A DNA stretch of 63,706 nucleotides, counting the filler, from Klebsormidium nitens (taxonomy: Eukaryota; Plantae; Klebsormidiophyceae): the NCBI GenBank assembly GCA_000708835.1. It is 9 parts of 9 records of this genome, joined end to end, with 100 filler letters (N's around TTAATTAATTAA, not from the genome) between each part and the next. Parts side by side here need not be neighbours in the genome. Positions count along the whole stretch, not along the records: positions 1 to 18,902 come from DF237941.1; 8 more parts are not named here. The stretch is one strand, 5' to 3'. Position numbers and translations under genes: made by a program. The notes beneath the pieces are model-generated. The model worked only from the letters and a program-made list of their open reading frames with translations. It was not told the origin of the DNA and ran no database searches. Positions within the stretch are counted from its first letter, which is position 1. Every line of letters starts with the position of its first letter. Shown piece after piece: positions 1-11,790 of the stretch.

Positions 1-1
1 T

Positions 2-178
2 GGCAGCAATCATGTTGTGCAGGGGCCAATTCCCTTGGAGATATACGATTTCCAAGAATCTCACAGTAATCCAAGGAAACCGAAGACCTGGTCGTGCAAT
101 ACATATGTAGGAGAAGATACTGAACTTCTAGCATTTGAATTTTCTGGACGTTTCTTTTCTGTGGGCGTTCCACGTTGA
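2..178 (+). CDS. 3' end of an F-box-like family paralogue (5' part outside window)
   Basis: Frame 2 reads GSNHVVQGPIPLEIYDFQE...TWSCNTYVGEDTELLAFEFSGRFFSVGVPR*. This parallels the C-terminus of 7816-8586 (NLGLEIFKFSDE...IWVCDLEYEG...GFTFAGNFRTVR*). Confidence 0.5.
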   Translation, partial: GSNHVVQGPIPLEIYDFQESHSNPRKPKTWSCNTYVGEDTELLAFEFSGRFFSVGVPR

Positions 179-1812
179 GTAAACGAAAACGTGAGTTTAT
201 TGCACAGTTACTGACTATAGATTGAGATTCTTGTGGCCAACCATCACAGAGAACGTGGCGTGATCAGGGAGTCTCGTAAAAATCTAGGCATCATAGCAGC
301 TTGGCAATGCGTCTTGGAGGTCGATCTGCGCATCAGAATGAAAGACGGGTCCGTAGATTGGAACGAAGTCCGTGAGCTTGGAACTTTCTGAGGTTGGAGC
401 CGCAAAGTAATTTGTAAATCTGAAGGATTGCAGATCAGAAGCGATGTATCCTCCTTTTTCAGTCCAACCCGGCCCAGTATGCTACTTCGCACTAATCCAA
501 CGATGGGGTCCAAAAATGGTGTGATATGGAGTTGATCAAGAATTCGTGCATGATGAGATTGGAATATCAGATTGCCAATGCTTATCCGAGATCCGGAAAA
601 GAGTCATCTATCGCTATCTTTTTCTTCATGTTTTCGTGTGACGTCAACTAAATTGGCCAAGCGCCAAAAGAAACGGTATAGCTACTGCTGTCCATTTGAT
701 AAGGCTCTATCTTTCAAGTCGAATTGTATGAGAATTGTGAGTATGTTACTTTCCTCTGTCGGACTCAATTTAAGAAGCGGGCGATCCAAGCGGAGACTAC
801 GTTATAAAACGGGTCATCCGGACTGTATGCGAGTACCGTTCCGCCCCTTTTCGAGAGACGTATGAGACTGCAGCGCTTCATCCGGACGGATGTGAGCGGA
901 ACGCATCCGCTTGGGTGCCTTGAATCAAACGGTTGGATTACCAAGGACAACTTGCTAGATAAATATTAGTCGTCTTCCGACGACTTGATCCGCTGTCCAC
1001 TTATATGTCGAAGTTGCTCTTACTGGCAATAAGACTAGCGTACATCTTCAGAAAGTGCTTTGCACCAAATTGTGTAAACAGTATCCTGTCGGACTTGCTT
1101 GATTGGTTGTAATGAATGCTACTCAAGCGACAAACGGGCCTGGATACGTCATTCCGGTCCGGCAGACTTTCTGACGTCATATTCCATGCGTACAGCTCGA
1201 CGTGACCAGCTCGTCAGGCCGCAATCGATATTGTTAGACTGGGATTTAAGAGTATACGCAAAGATTCTATGCAAGTGACTAACTATCACTGTAGATTGCG
1301 ATCCGCTTGGGGCGCGCTTACACGTTTCTTTTAACAGTCTCCACAGACGACTTGCGAAGAAGGATCATGTTATCTGATTTTTGAGGGAGGCCATATACGC
1401 CACTCACGGATCTCGGTTCCGAATCGTATCCAATGGCGTCACCCCTTTTTCCAAACCCCTGTATGCACAGCCGCTTCCTGTGTACCTTCATCACCGCAAA
1501 GTAGAATTCCCTGAAGTCAACATCAACTGTTTCCCCCAGGCCTCTGTTGTTGCAGCCAATGACGCTTCCCCTTGTCGCGTGTCTGCTTGCAACGACTTGA
1601 AGCTGGAACTGACAGGTTACCTGGCGTTGGTTACGCCTTCTTAACTTAGGGAAGTCGGCGAGCTTTTGGCCTCATTGCTCAACTTTCGAGCGGGATTCAC
1701 AGCCAGGGCAGCCTGCAAACGGGACACTTACGGATGAGTCCTTCTCAAAGGCACGTGAACCGAGAAGAAGTATCAAAATGTTACCCTAACCAAGTTTGAA
1801 TACTTCCTGCAG

Positions 1813-2023
1813 GCAGAGCCGCTCCCAGTCGTGCCCCTTTTGCCGCGACAGCCTGAAGCGGGTGCGTTCGCGCGACTTGTGGGTCTTCACGGACGAGGAA
1901 GACTTGGTGGATATGGGCACGGTCGCAAAAGAAAACCTCGAGCGCTTCCTCTTGTACGTCAATAAGCTGCCGGTTCTTATCTCGGACAGCGTGTTTACGT
2001 TCTATGAAGACCATGTAAAATAG
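1813..2023 (+). pseudogene. Terminal exon of a plant AIRP2-like C3HC4 RING E3 ligase; upstream exons not found
   Basis: Acceptor cttcctgcag|g, then QSRSQSCPFCRDSLKRVRSRDLWVFT...KENLERFLLYVNKLP...*, matching the known AIRP2-family C-terminus (RSQSCPFCRxSLKRVxSxDLW). An AATAAA follows about 120 nt downstream. Confidence 0.75.
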
Positions 2024-3562
2024 GCCCTGTTCGGGCTCGGAAAACGGAGTGGGTATCGTGAGTCTGGGCTTGGTGAAAGTTGAGTGGGGTATACACGAGA
2101 AGGGGTTGCCAAAGGCGGCCCTGACAACCTGCAGCTGTAAATAAACCTGGCAAAGTAGAATGATGTCGCCGGTGCCTGAGGGTATACCGAGCGCAAAACG
2201 TGCGCGTCAAAAGCTGGCGGAAATACTAGGTAAATAAGCGGGCAGGCTCAGAGAACTCTAGCTACTTCCAAACATAAGTTGACGTAGTCTTAGGCAATGT
2301 ATCCTGTACGAGTTAGGTATTCTGTAAGTACACTCAAATCATTAGCTTCTCGGTCCCGGCGAGTTTGTGCACTGTTAGATGTTTGCCCAAGTTGCAGCCT
2401 TTCAAATAGAATCTCATGGGCCTTTCGCCCGCAGTCAATAAAAGGTATCTGCAGGGCGCGGTCTGTCGGCCATGTGCCTGTGTAAAAACAAATACTTCCA
2501 AGCTTCCTTACGCCCTCGGATCCTCAAAGTTTGTTTCCTCAGTCGTTAAATGATTGCGGCCACTGTTCGCTTGAAAAGTTTGCTGTCCATCATTGTGCAT
2601 CCATGAAAAGTTGGAAGCCATCTCACATCACTGCCTTCAGTGTGCCGGGCGGATATCTACTAGTTAGCTACCGTCAAGATATATCTTGCCACTCAATAAC
2701 CCCTCAATACATTGTGTGACACCTTCAATTGCGACTGAAGATCATCATTGGATTCTTTCGACATACCTAGATAGGGCCCAGAGGCATGCCAACGAGAGCG
2801 GAGTAAAGGCTTTAATACGTACAATTGCTGGACGGCCGCGGCCGGATCGTTGTCGGAATCCGGATCCCCATGTCGATCCGGCCAGCGTTGAAGTCCTATA
2901 GCGAGGCATATTAGGTAGAAAGCGACGGTCAATATACAACGAAGGCGGCCACGAAAGAAGCCGCCTGTGGGCAATTTGTGACTGGAGCTGACGGGGCGCA
3001 CCGCGCGCCGCCGCAGAATCGTCGCGCGCGCATGGCCCGGCAGGGGTACGGCCACACGGCGCGGCCTGTGACCGGCCTCAAGGGAGCGGCTGGCTGACGC
3101 ATCGGGGTGGCGATGTGCGCGCCTCGCATCCCGACTGCGGCCGCGGCCAGGATCATTCCCAAACCCCGGGCAAAACCGCGTGGCGTGCCGGTAGCGCGGG
3201 TAGTCGGCCGCCGGCCCGCCCGGCGACCCGCGCGCGAAGACCGGTCCGCCATCCTTTTACTTCCAACTTGGCCTAATCCAGCTAGCGTGCCAACGACTTC
3301 CTTGCCGGCCAACGTACGGTTTGAGCGCGTTTCGCGCGCGGCCGCGCTCGCTGCGCAGGGTTTAGAGCACAGAACCTCCGCAACCGTGGCCGCGGCCATT
3401 CACGCGTGCGGTTGAGCTCGAAAGATCACGCGGCCGCCTGACGCGCCGAAGCCTGGCAGCAGTGCGCGGCCATCGCGGCACGCGCGGCGGCTCCAATGCC
3501 TTTCTAAACAGCCCGTGCGATAGTGAGTGACGACGTCAGTTCGGGGCTGCGGCTGGGCGGCT

Positions 3563-4605
3563 ATGGAGCATCTCCCAAGCGACGTGATTCAGTGCGTTCT
3601 CCAAAAGCTAGCCAGTCAGGATGTTCCCTCTCTGCTGCAAGCCATAAGGGCGTGCAAAATGCTTCAACAGAAGCGGAACAGGATCCTGCCGTCTGGAGGG
3701 AAGCCTTCCTTGCGCCGGAGCCAAAATCCGCTGAACAAAATCATGTTGGCTGCGCTAGTGACGGAATTGCTGACGTCGCTGAACTCGACGCAGAAGTCGC
3801 CTCGTTGGGCGGTTACAAGCAGCTAGCGCTGACAAAAGCTAGATATCTTCGAGAGATGCAAAACGGATGTCTGGACTTTAAACAAAAGCAGACTAAGGCT
3901 CCGATAATGATAAAGATTCGGCATTCAACGTTAACTTTGGCTGGGGGTTCGACTTCGGGGATAGTGTCACGGTATCTGACGATCTACAGACTCCGAGGCA
4001 GAGTGATAGGATGGGATGCCGTCACTCCGCCAAGAGACTCGCTACAAAGTCTGGTAGAGTTTATAGCGCCTGACCGCGAGTATTCCTTCCCTATTCCTAT
4101 CCTGATATGTGCCAGCAGTGCTCCGGACAGTGACGAGGCCATGCTAGATTCTGTCGATCAGGGGGCGCCTAGCTCGTCCGGACAAGAGCTGCGTTCTCGC
4201 GATCGGGGGGCGCCTTTCCATGACGTCATTCAAGAGTGGACAAAACGACTGGGCAGCACTGTCAAGCACGGCAAGTGCGTAGTCGAAGAGGAGATCTCCG
4301 CGCAAGTCCACGCGTTTCAGCAACACGGAGCTAAGGATCTCCCCGGCCGGCTGACGGCGCGGAACGGCAACCCCTGGCGGTTTCAGGTCGATGAGAGTAT
4401 CACAATTACTCCAGAGGTTGAGTACGAGCTTCCGGACTTCGACGGTAAAGTCTACCTCTTCTCGCGTGAGCGTGAGCTCGACAAAGCTTCCGGTTGCGAA
4501 GCAGTAGTCAATCAAGGCGTCACGTCTTTCAAGTGCCTTCGCGGTCTTACGTTAATTTTCGTTTTGATTCTGATAGCTTGTCTGAAGTGGGACTCAAGTA
4601 TTTGA
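3563..4605 (+). pseudogene. F-box-like protein with one frameshift near 3665
   Basis: ATG at 3563 gives MEHLPSDVIQCVLQKLASQDVPSLLQAIRACKMLQ. Homology to 7816-8586 continues in another frame (EAEQDPAVWREAF...SLGGYKQLA) to the stop at 4605. No splice sites explain the shift. Confidence 0.75.
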
Positions 4606-6421
4606 GTTAGGGAAGTCGTAGAAGTTTTAGGTGGTCTTAATCGGAAAATTGTGGAGCGCCTGTAAGTTTCGCGGGTCCTCTCAACTGGTGATCTGTTCCA
4701 TTTGTTGCGTCTTTGGGAGCCACAGTACAAGTCTGATAGACTCGTTCGAATATTGAATAAGAAAGCTTTTCTTAGCTGAATTTTTAGCCTTCTATTCAGG
4801 CAAGCTTAATGTGTTAGCTCGCAAGCCTGATCAACTTTTACATCGTTCTTAGACTTGATAGGCTTTCCTGTTTTAGACGAGAGTGTCCTTATACGATTTG
4901 GAGTATCTTCGATGTGTCCAGTAATAGTCTTTCATTGCATCAGAGAAGATGTTCACCGACCACGCACTCCGCAAATGTGTTTGAGTTACAATTCGTCCAT
5001 CCATGCTATTCAAGTCGCAACAATCATCGACTGGACGGTTCCGCAAAAAACCTCAACTCAAGGCGGATATTTCGTTGATAGATTCGCCAGTCAGTATAAT
5101 TTCAAGCCGCGTTCTACGTCGAATGATGTGCACCTTATGCCCCGACGAGACTGAGGGCTTGACTTCTGGTTTGTCATACCGTTCTAAATGCCAATCTGTG
5201 GGCACATCTCACACAAGTTAACACCCCGTCAATAAATGCAATACTAACTTGTAGTTCCAGCGATATGAAAAATACAGATAAGCACAACCATACTGGGCAA
5301 CCTTTGAATCAGACGCAAGCTGGTCATTGTAGTCAAGGGTGCCTCCGCTTGGCGTTGGAAAGTTTTCCCGGGGACTATCGTAATGGCAAGCCTCTCTAGA
5401 GCATGCTGCGTGTTGTAAACAGTTGCATCCTTCGTTCTGTTGGATGCTCATTTTGTGATAGTCGAAGACGTTCTGATGCTGAAAGACTTTCATCAAATCT
5501 CAAAGCATTATGCACTCGCGAAGAGGTGGATATATACAAGTCAACAGGTTAAGCAAACAGAGGAAGTCTGAAGTCCTCTTGCGGCCTAACCCGCAATTAG
5601 CGTTTTGTACATACACCTCGGGGTCTCAGACTCTACTAGCGACTCGCTTGGCTACAGTCATTGGGGCCCCATCTCCACACACTTGCTCTTTTTGAAGACT
5701 ATGTCAACGAATACTCGAAGGTGCTTCCGACCATAAGGTCGAGTCTCAACCAAGCATTGAATTAATGCACAGCTGGACCTTCGGTGAAAATCTCTAGGGA
5801 TCGGAGGCGGTCCCATGTCCACCCGGGCATGTCACAAGCAACTCGGGAAGCAACTAGTGGTTGACGGCGACCTGCTCTCAGACTGTTACTCCGAAACGGT
5901 CCACGGATCGGAGAGTTCTCCCACCAGAATTTGTTATCAGGGGGCCGGTTCTCCTGACTTTGTACTGTACGCGAGTCCCTTGCGAGTCTTAGAATCGAAA
6001 GGCATACAGCTCGGCATTTAATGCCGGCCGGGCAAGGATCGGCATCAAAAGCTTGATAGCTTCCTTCACAAATCTTTCCCAAGCGGTCCTGAGGGCATCG
6101 CGCCAATCTTGAGTGGGGAGATGAGCTTGGAGGCTGTAAGTTCTCGTGTTCTTCGACCCAATCGAACGTCCAGCGGGTAGGTGTGTCGAACTTGACCCGC
6201 AAGCGAGATCCAGCTAAGGTCTTTGGCTTACTTGGATTGGTATCTGTAGACGGAAACCCTTGGAAGGAAAAGTTGTACCAAGCAATAGAGTCTACAGAGG
6301 TTTTGCGCTGAGCGCCCACTTCTCTAATTCCGGATGGAATGCTCCATACAAGATGTCGGCATCTGCTCTTAACCGGTCCTGCTTGAAGGCATACACTTCG
6401 GCGGAGAGCCCCTTAAGATTC

Positions 6422-7024
6422 TTAAATCTGAGCGGTGCCTCTATCAGGTTTGCCACGAATCTTCCGCCATGCTTCCCTTAAGGAACCTTCCAGAAAGTCT
6501 GAGTCAGCTCGAGAAACCAAATTCAAGGGAATTTTGACGGTTACAGGACGCTCTGCCGAGTTCTGGTCCCTTCTCTGTGGTTTCACTGAGTCAGAGCTCA
6601 TCACAGACACACCCCAAAAAAGGAGACTTCCATGCAGCCTTAGCAGAAGTAAGATGTTTCTATCACAGAAAGGGGGCAGATGGAAATCAGAATCATTTGT
6701 GCTGCCCTCTCTTTTTTGAGATGCTCTGCAAGCACACTCCGAATCAACACTCCGAGCCACCACCATTTGCTTGAAACCGCCTAGCTTGTCTACCGTTCCC
6801 TCCAGATGCCCTCTCGCTTCTGATTCGCAGTAATTTTTCTTTGATTTACTGGTCCCGTGTTCAACCGGTGGGCCATAGATTGCTTCCTTCCAGATGTCTG
6901 GGTATTCCGCAGCGGCGCGGTAACAGGGCGCTAAATAATGGGTCGCTCGCAGCAAGGAGAGTGGATCCTGGGCCGCCAGCTTGCGGAGAATCAGTAGAAG
7001 AACGTCGCCGTGAAGGCTCTCCAT
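6422..7024 (-). CDS. F-box-like protein, probably truncated by frameshifts
   Basis: MESLHGDVLLLILRKLAAQDPLSLLRAT...IWKEAI...KLGGFKQMV...LLLRLHGSLLFWG. Paralogous C-terminal motifs (GLSAEVYAFKQD; WYNFSFQGF) continue in other frames down to about 6150. Confidence 0.7.
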   Translation of the reverse strand: MESLHGDVLLLILRKLAAQDPLSLLRATHYLAPCYRAAAEYPDIWKEAIYGPPVEHGTSKSKKNYCESEARGHLEGTVDKLGGFKQMVVARSVDSECACRASQKREGSTNDSDFHLPPFCDRNILLLLRLHGSLLFWGVSVMSSDSVKPQRRDQNSAERPVTVKIPLNLVSRADSDFLEGSLREAWRKIRGKPDRGTAQI

Positions 7025-7815
7025 ATCTAGTTTGCTGCTGCTTTTGCATAGAGCATCACGTTGATTTGCGCTCCTAGCTGGCGCAGGTCAACAAGAAGCA
7101 GATTGTGGCCGTATCAGGAGAAGGGGATAAAGAGATAAGAAGTGAGGAAGTCTTGCGCTTGAACGCGCGGCGCAAGCAGAAGCCGCGCCGCGGCCGAGTC
7201 CAGGTTTATCAAGATCCTCACCGAAACCTCCCAAGATGTAGGCCCGCGCTCCGACGCACCAGTCTTGCGGCAAGCCGACGCGGCCGCGAGCCGAGATCCG
7301 TCGCGTCAGCGATATCTGCTCTGGTTAATCTGGTTCTTCAGTGGTATTCATTTCAGGATTTGGCCAGCAGCACGTTTCAGACTGACGAGGGTGTGCGTCA
7401 ACAGTGTCGCGCTGTACAGTCGGACACGTGGCATGGCTCTCAGCACGTTTCAAGTGGCCCTTTCCTGGAAGCCGCCTGAGCGATTCTGACTTCTATCTGC
7501 TTTCCTCCATCTAGAAATCTCAATTGTACTGTACGTCTGATATGGTTCTGCGGTTGTTCGCTTCGAGATCCTCAGAAGGTTTCCACTTCAGCCTTTTCTT
7601 GCACTGGTCGAAACTAGAAAGCGCTGTGCTCAGCTCGCACGGTTTTCATATTTCCTCGCTTCTCGGAAAAGATTTTGAGGCCAAGCTTGCGTATCGCTGG
7701 AAACAACAGAAATTTTCATTTTCATACTCAGTTCTTGAAAAGGAGGTGCAGACAATAGGAAAGGAAAAAAGTCGAAAGGCGGAGGAAAGGCGTCAAGCGA
7801 GCTTCTCGAGCGGCC

Positions 7816-8586
7816 ATGGAGACTCTTCCGAGCGACGTCGTTTCGGTCGTCCTTCACAAGCTGGCGGTACAAGACCCCCGGTCCCTGGTACGGGCCACGT
7901 GCGCCTGCAAAACGTTCCACCGGGAGGTTGAACAGAACCGGGGCGTCTGGAAGGACGCTTTCTTTGGCAGAGACTCGAGCTTCGGGGACCACTGCAAAGA
8001 CGAGAACATCGAAGCGGAGATCCTGGCTTTGGGTGGGTATGAGCAGCTGGTGAAAGTTCGGTGGGATGTACCGGGGAAGTTCTTATCCAGACAAAAGCAG
8101 GGGCCTAGGTCGGTAACCGGGAATGGTGGCTCGGTTCGGGACAGCTCAGATAGGGAGTTTCACCTGAACAAAATCCTGGTCGTACTGAGGGAGGAAGGGC
8201 GGCTTCTCTTGTGGGGCCTCTTTAAAAAGGAACGCTCGTCCTTTTTGCGGGAAGTGGGCGACTTCACATTGAAGACAGCACGCCGAGCAGAGGGCGCTCC
8301 CGATATAACCGCCATTCGTTTATCGACCTCTCGCCTCGACTCAGTGTTTGATGAGCTTGAGAGCGTCGTTTACTCGAGGATAAAGACGAAGGTTGCGGAA
8401 AGTGGGCGCGTGATGGAAAGGTCTAATCTTGGTTTGGAGATCTTTAAGTTTTCAGATGAACCATCAGTGGTTGTAGGACATGACAAGACAAAAAGACAGC
8501 CGATTTGGGTTTGCGATCTCGAGTATGAGGGCAAGAAAAACGTTTGGGGATTCACATTTGCTGGAAACTTTCGTACTGTGAGATAG
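7816..8586 (+). CDS. Intact intronless F-box-like protein (256 aa)
   Basis: N-terminal LPSDVVSVVLHKLAVQDPRSLVRATCACKTF F-box-like motif; uninterrupted ORF; clear paralogy to neighbouring ORFs. Confidence 0.85.
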   Translation: METLPSDVVSVVLHKLAVQDPRSLVRATCACKTFHREVEQNRGVWKDAFFGRDSSFGDHCKDENIEAEILALGGYEQLVKVRWDVPGKFLSRQKQGPRSVTGNGGSVRDSSDREFHLNKILVVLREEGRLLLWGLFKKERSSFLREVGDFTLKTARRAEGAPDITAIRLSTSRLDSVFDELESVVYSRIKTKVAESGRVMERSNLGLEIFKFSDEPSVVVGHDKTKRQPIWVCDLEYEGKKNVWGFTFAGNFRTVR

Positions 8587-9197
8587 CTAGAAAGATTCAT
8601 TAAGGACAGTGCCCTCCTGGGTCTCAAATCTTATCGATCAACCGGAATATGGGCTACCATTCCATTTAAACTGGATTAGTATGACAGAATTTGAGCTATT
8701 GATGAATTTGTGAGGAGGAGCTGAGTCGGTCTGACAAGCTCTTCGTGGTCAACATGTGTCGACCGCGGTCGACGCAACATAGTTACGAGGGTGTACCTTC
8801 GTCAGCACTCTCGCATTACTATAATTGGACAGATAGGATGACGTACTCCCAACACGTCTCACTCCTTTCCTAGAAGGCCCCCTGAGCGCCTCGGCGCTGC
8901 CTGCATCTCTGCACCTAGGCGATACTCATTTGTTCGAGAGCCGGAAGTGTTTCTTATCAATTGATAAGTACTTGCAATCTCAAACAAGTTCCTTCACTGT
9001 GCAAGTTTTTCAGATCGACGCTGTCTTGAAAATCTTCAATTTAGATACAAAAGCTTCAGCGCCAAGCTTCTAAGCCTCCGTGCCCAGCTCCAAACAGCCT
9101 CAGAAACTCAAGAGTTTGGATCTTTCATTTGAAACAAGGAAGTTTGGAAAGCGCAGCGGAGGAAAGACCTCATTTGCTGCGCATTTCTGGAGCGGTT

Positions 9198-9905
9198 ATG
9201 GAGAGTAATCCGTTGTACGTCTCTCAGCCGTTCTTCACGAGCCAGCTGGCGTTACAAGCCCGCTACAAGACCCCAAGTCCTTGCTACGGGCCACGTACGC
9301 TTGTAAAGCTCAGAACCGAAGCGATTGGAAGGATTCCTCCTTGCAAATTTGGGACCATTCCAAAGACGAGGTTGTCGAAGCCAAGAAACTGGCTTTGATG
9401 GGTACAAGCAGATGGTGAGCTGTGGGCTGTGCCGGGCTTGTTTGTTCTCTGAGCAGGGAGCTGGGTCCTTTTACCGGGCACAACGGCTCGTCGGTTTGGG
9501 GAGTATACGCTAAGCATACAGCTGGTTACGATAAGGGAGAAGGGGGTTCTTCTTTTACGGCCCTTTCTGGATCAGGAGAGCCCGTCGCTTTTGCGACAGT
9601 TGGAGACTTTTGCTTCAGAACCGCGCACGTATCGAGGCAAAGCTCCCGATAGGATCTTCTTCACCATCTTCACGTCTCGGGTGGAGCCGGTACTCTTCTT
9701 TTTAAGGATCTTATAGATCAGTAAGGATTATAAGATCGCGAGACCGATCTTGACCTGGACAAATCAGATTCTGCAGTCGACAAACTTAAGGTTGCAGGAT
9801 ACGTATCACTGAAATCTGTCCGGTTGTGGGCGTGAAATAATCTTACAATGGCAGGAATGATGTTTGGGCATCTGGTTCTGAGGCGAAGTTCTTCTACGTT
9901 AGCTA
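9198..9905 (+). pseudogene. Degenerate copy of the 7816-8586 F-box-like gene
   Basis: Fragments LQDPKSLLRATYACK, QNRSDWKD, DHSKDEVVEA and VGDFCFRTA align at protein and nucleotide level with 7816-8586, with deletions, frameshifts and stops. The 3' end tagctagagagcttatgaagga resembles tagctagaaagattcattaagga. Confidence 0.75.
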
Positions 9906-10012
9906 GAGAGCTTATGAAGGATAAGGATTGGCCTGATCGAAAGTGCGCTGTTGGGTGTCCGTTGTGACCAACCACAAGTACTGATCCACATTTGCAATTG
10001 CTCTACCCCTTT

Positions 10013-11790
10013 TCATGGCAGGGCTCGGAGGTTCGGGCGCTTGCAGAGAACGATATCAGAACCCCAGTCGCTTTCAAATACTATCCCTTTCAAGCATTGA
10101 AATCGGCGGCCCTCGCAGATCGATGATAGCGCAATCTGTTGGGCTGTTAGGCCGGGCGGCCGATGAGAAGTGCGATCAGGTTGTGAAGCTCCACACTCAA
10201 CGGTCATGGCATGGCCCGCTCACATTGCTCAAACACTCATGAAATCGGACACATGTCAACGTCTTGTGGATATGTCCTCGCCGTCTTTGTCGTGCACATG
10301 GACTGAAAATATTGCAAGCTGAAATATGGGATGACCCAGGATGACCGTTGAAAAGTCATGCAGAGACGACAAGTCCTTTTCGAAGTGTTGGGCAGCCCAT
10401 GCGTTCAGCAGATCCGAAGAGGAGACCTCACACCTTATTAAAGCCTGATCAAACCTAACGAGCATGGTGAGGTTACGGTCCTTTGCAAGTCCTTCGTGAG
10501 CTGCAGGACAACTTCATAATTAAAGCCTGATCAAACCTAACGAGCATGGTGAGGTTACGGTCCTTCGCAAGTCCTTCGTGAGCTGCAGGACAACTTCATA
10601 TAGACCAAGCTATAGTACAATCTTAAGCTGTTCGACCAAGCAGTGCAATGATGTCTTCGAGGGATAAGCTATCCGTGTGAGGTTCCGGCACCGGCACTGG
10701 CACCTCTAGTTTTTCCTGTCTTTTCCAAGCTTCTAAGGGAAGACTAAGATCCAGCTTGTCAGATCGAGGCCTCAGTTCAGGGTTGACAACATTGCAGGTA
10801 GCTTTGCCCTGTGCACGCGAGGCCTCTGTGGCACTGAATTGTACCGAAGTCTGCACCCTTATATCCTACTCATCTAGAATCTGTTCGACCTTTGAAGACC
10901 CTTTCATTATCTCGGCGCTAGATGTGCCCTCGGTTTCGAAAGCACCTTCACTTCCTTCCTCCTCAAGTTTGCCCTTTCGACGCCTTTGCCTCCTACGTTT
11001 CTTCTTTGTTTCTGCGTCTAAATTACCACCGACACCTGACGTCATGGAGACGTCTTGAGCTGACACTGACTTGTCCATATTAGTCGAAGTTGGTGAGATT
11101 GGCGCCCCTTTGAGTTGTTCGTTACCACCAAGCTCCCTACTGCCAGCACTAGAAGTTGAGACTGTGACTTGCTGAAGAACCTCGATCCTATGGAAGACAC
11201 TTCTGCATGCCATGCTTGCTGAAATCTGCAGAGCTGCGCAGGAGTGGCTTATTGCACGAAGTTGTTCCTCATCTATCTCAAGCCGAGTCGAAGCAGAGAC
11301 GGTCTTTTTGTTCTTTGCCTCGTTCTTGTGATCCGGCCCCTCTGATCCCAATCCGGCGCACGTGAGTATCTGCTCAAGGGCTGCTGCAGCTGTTGCAGTT
11401 GCACGGACAAAGAGCAATTCCGAATGAAACGGCTGAAAAGGAGCCATTTGTTGAGGAGTCTGCTGGCTTGGAGATGTTAAGTTTGACTTTGTCCTCTGCC
11501 GTCTTGTCAATTCGGCGAAGGATACTATTCTTTGGCGCCTGAACTTCCTTACAATCGTCCTGTGAAGCAGAGAAGCAAGACATGGGCAACAATCTTAGTA
11601 TGCAGCAAAAGACTCTTGTCCAAGTTATCCCTGGCCAGATCAAGCAGGCCTCAATGAAGCGCACCGGCAGCCGGCCACGCTCCCGTAGCCTGGTCCCGTA
11701 GCCAGTGTTCGATTGAACACTGAAATGTTGAAAGAACGTCCGACAACATGAATACGTTGGAGTCACGAGCCAAGTTCTGCAACAAATCAG
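10013..11790 (-). pseudogene. Disrupted multi-segment gene of unknown function
   Basis: ORF 10866-11510 continues in frame past a single TAG into ORF 10623-10856. Further coding-like pieces lie at 10256-10465 and 10013-10207. A splice-like acceptor cttcacag| lies near 11565. No recognisable domain. Confidence 0.4.
10437..10600. repeat. Tandem duplication, 2 x 82 bp with one mismatch
   Basis: attaaagcctgatcaaacc...ggacaacttcata at 10437-10518 and 10519-10600. Confidence 0.95.

Noticed and set aside
2929-3415. Arg/Ala-rich ORFs on both strands
   Set aside because: Stop-poor GC-rich promoter-like DNA upstream of the F-box copy; no domain signal.
4830-5500. Decayed minus-strand frame with VEVFCG as a DNA-methyltransferase motif I
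   Set aside because: The required FxGxG and the other motifs are absent; too degraded to call.
8758-8773. Perfect 16-bp palindrome gtcgaccgcggtcgac
   Set aside because: Isolated, with no associated gene end or element boundary.
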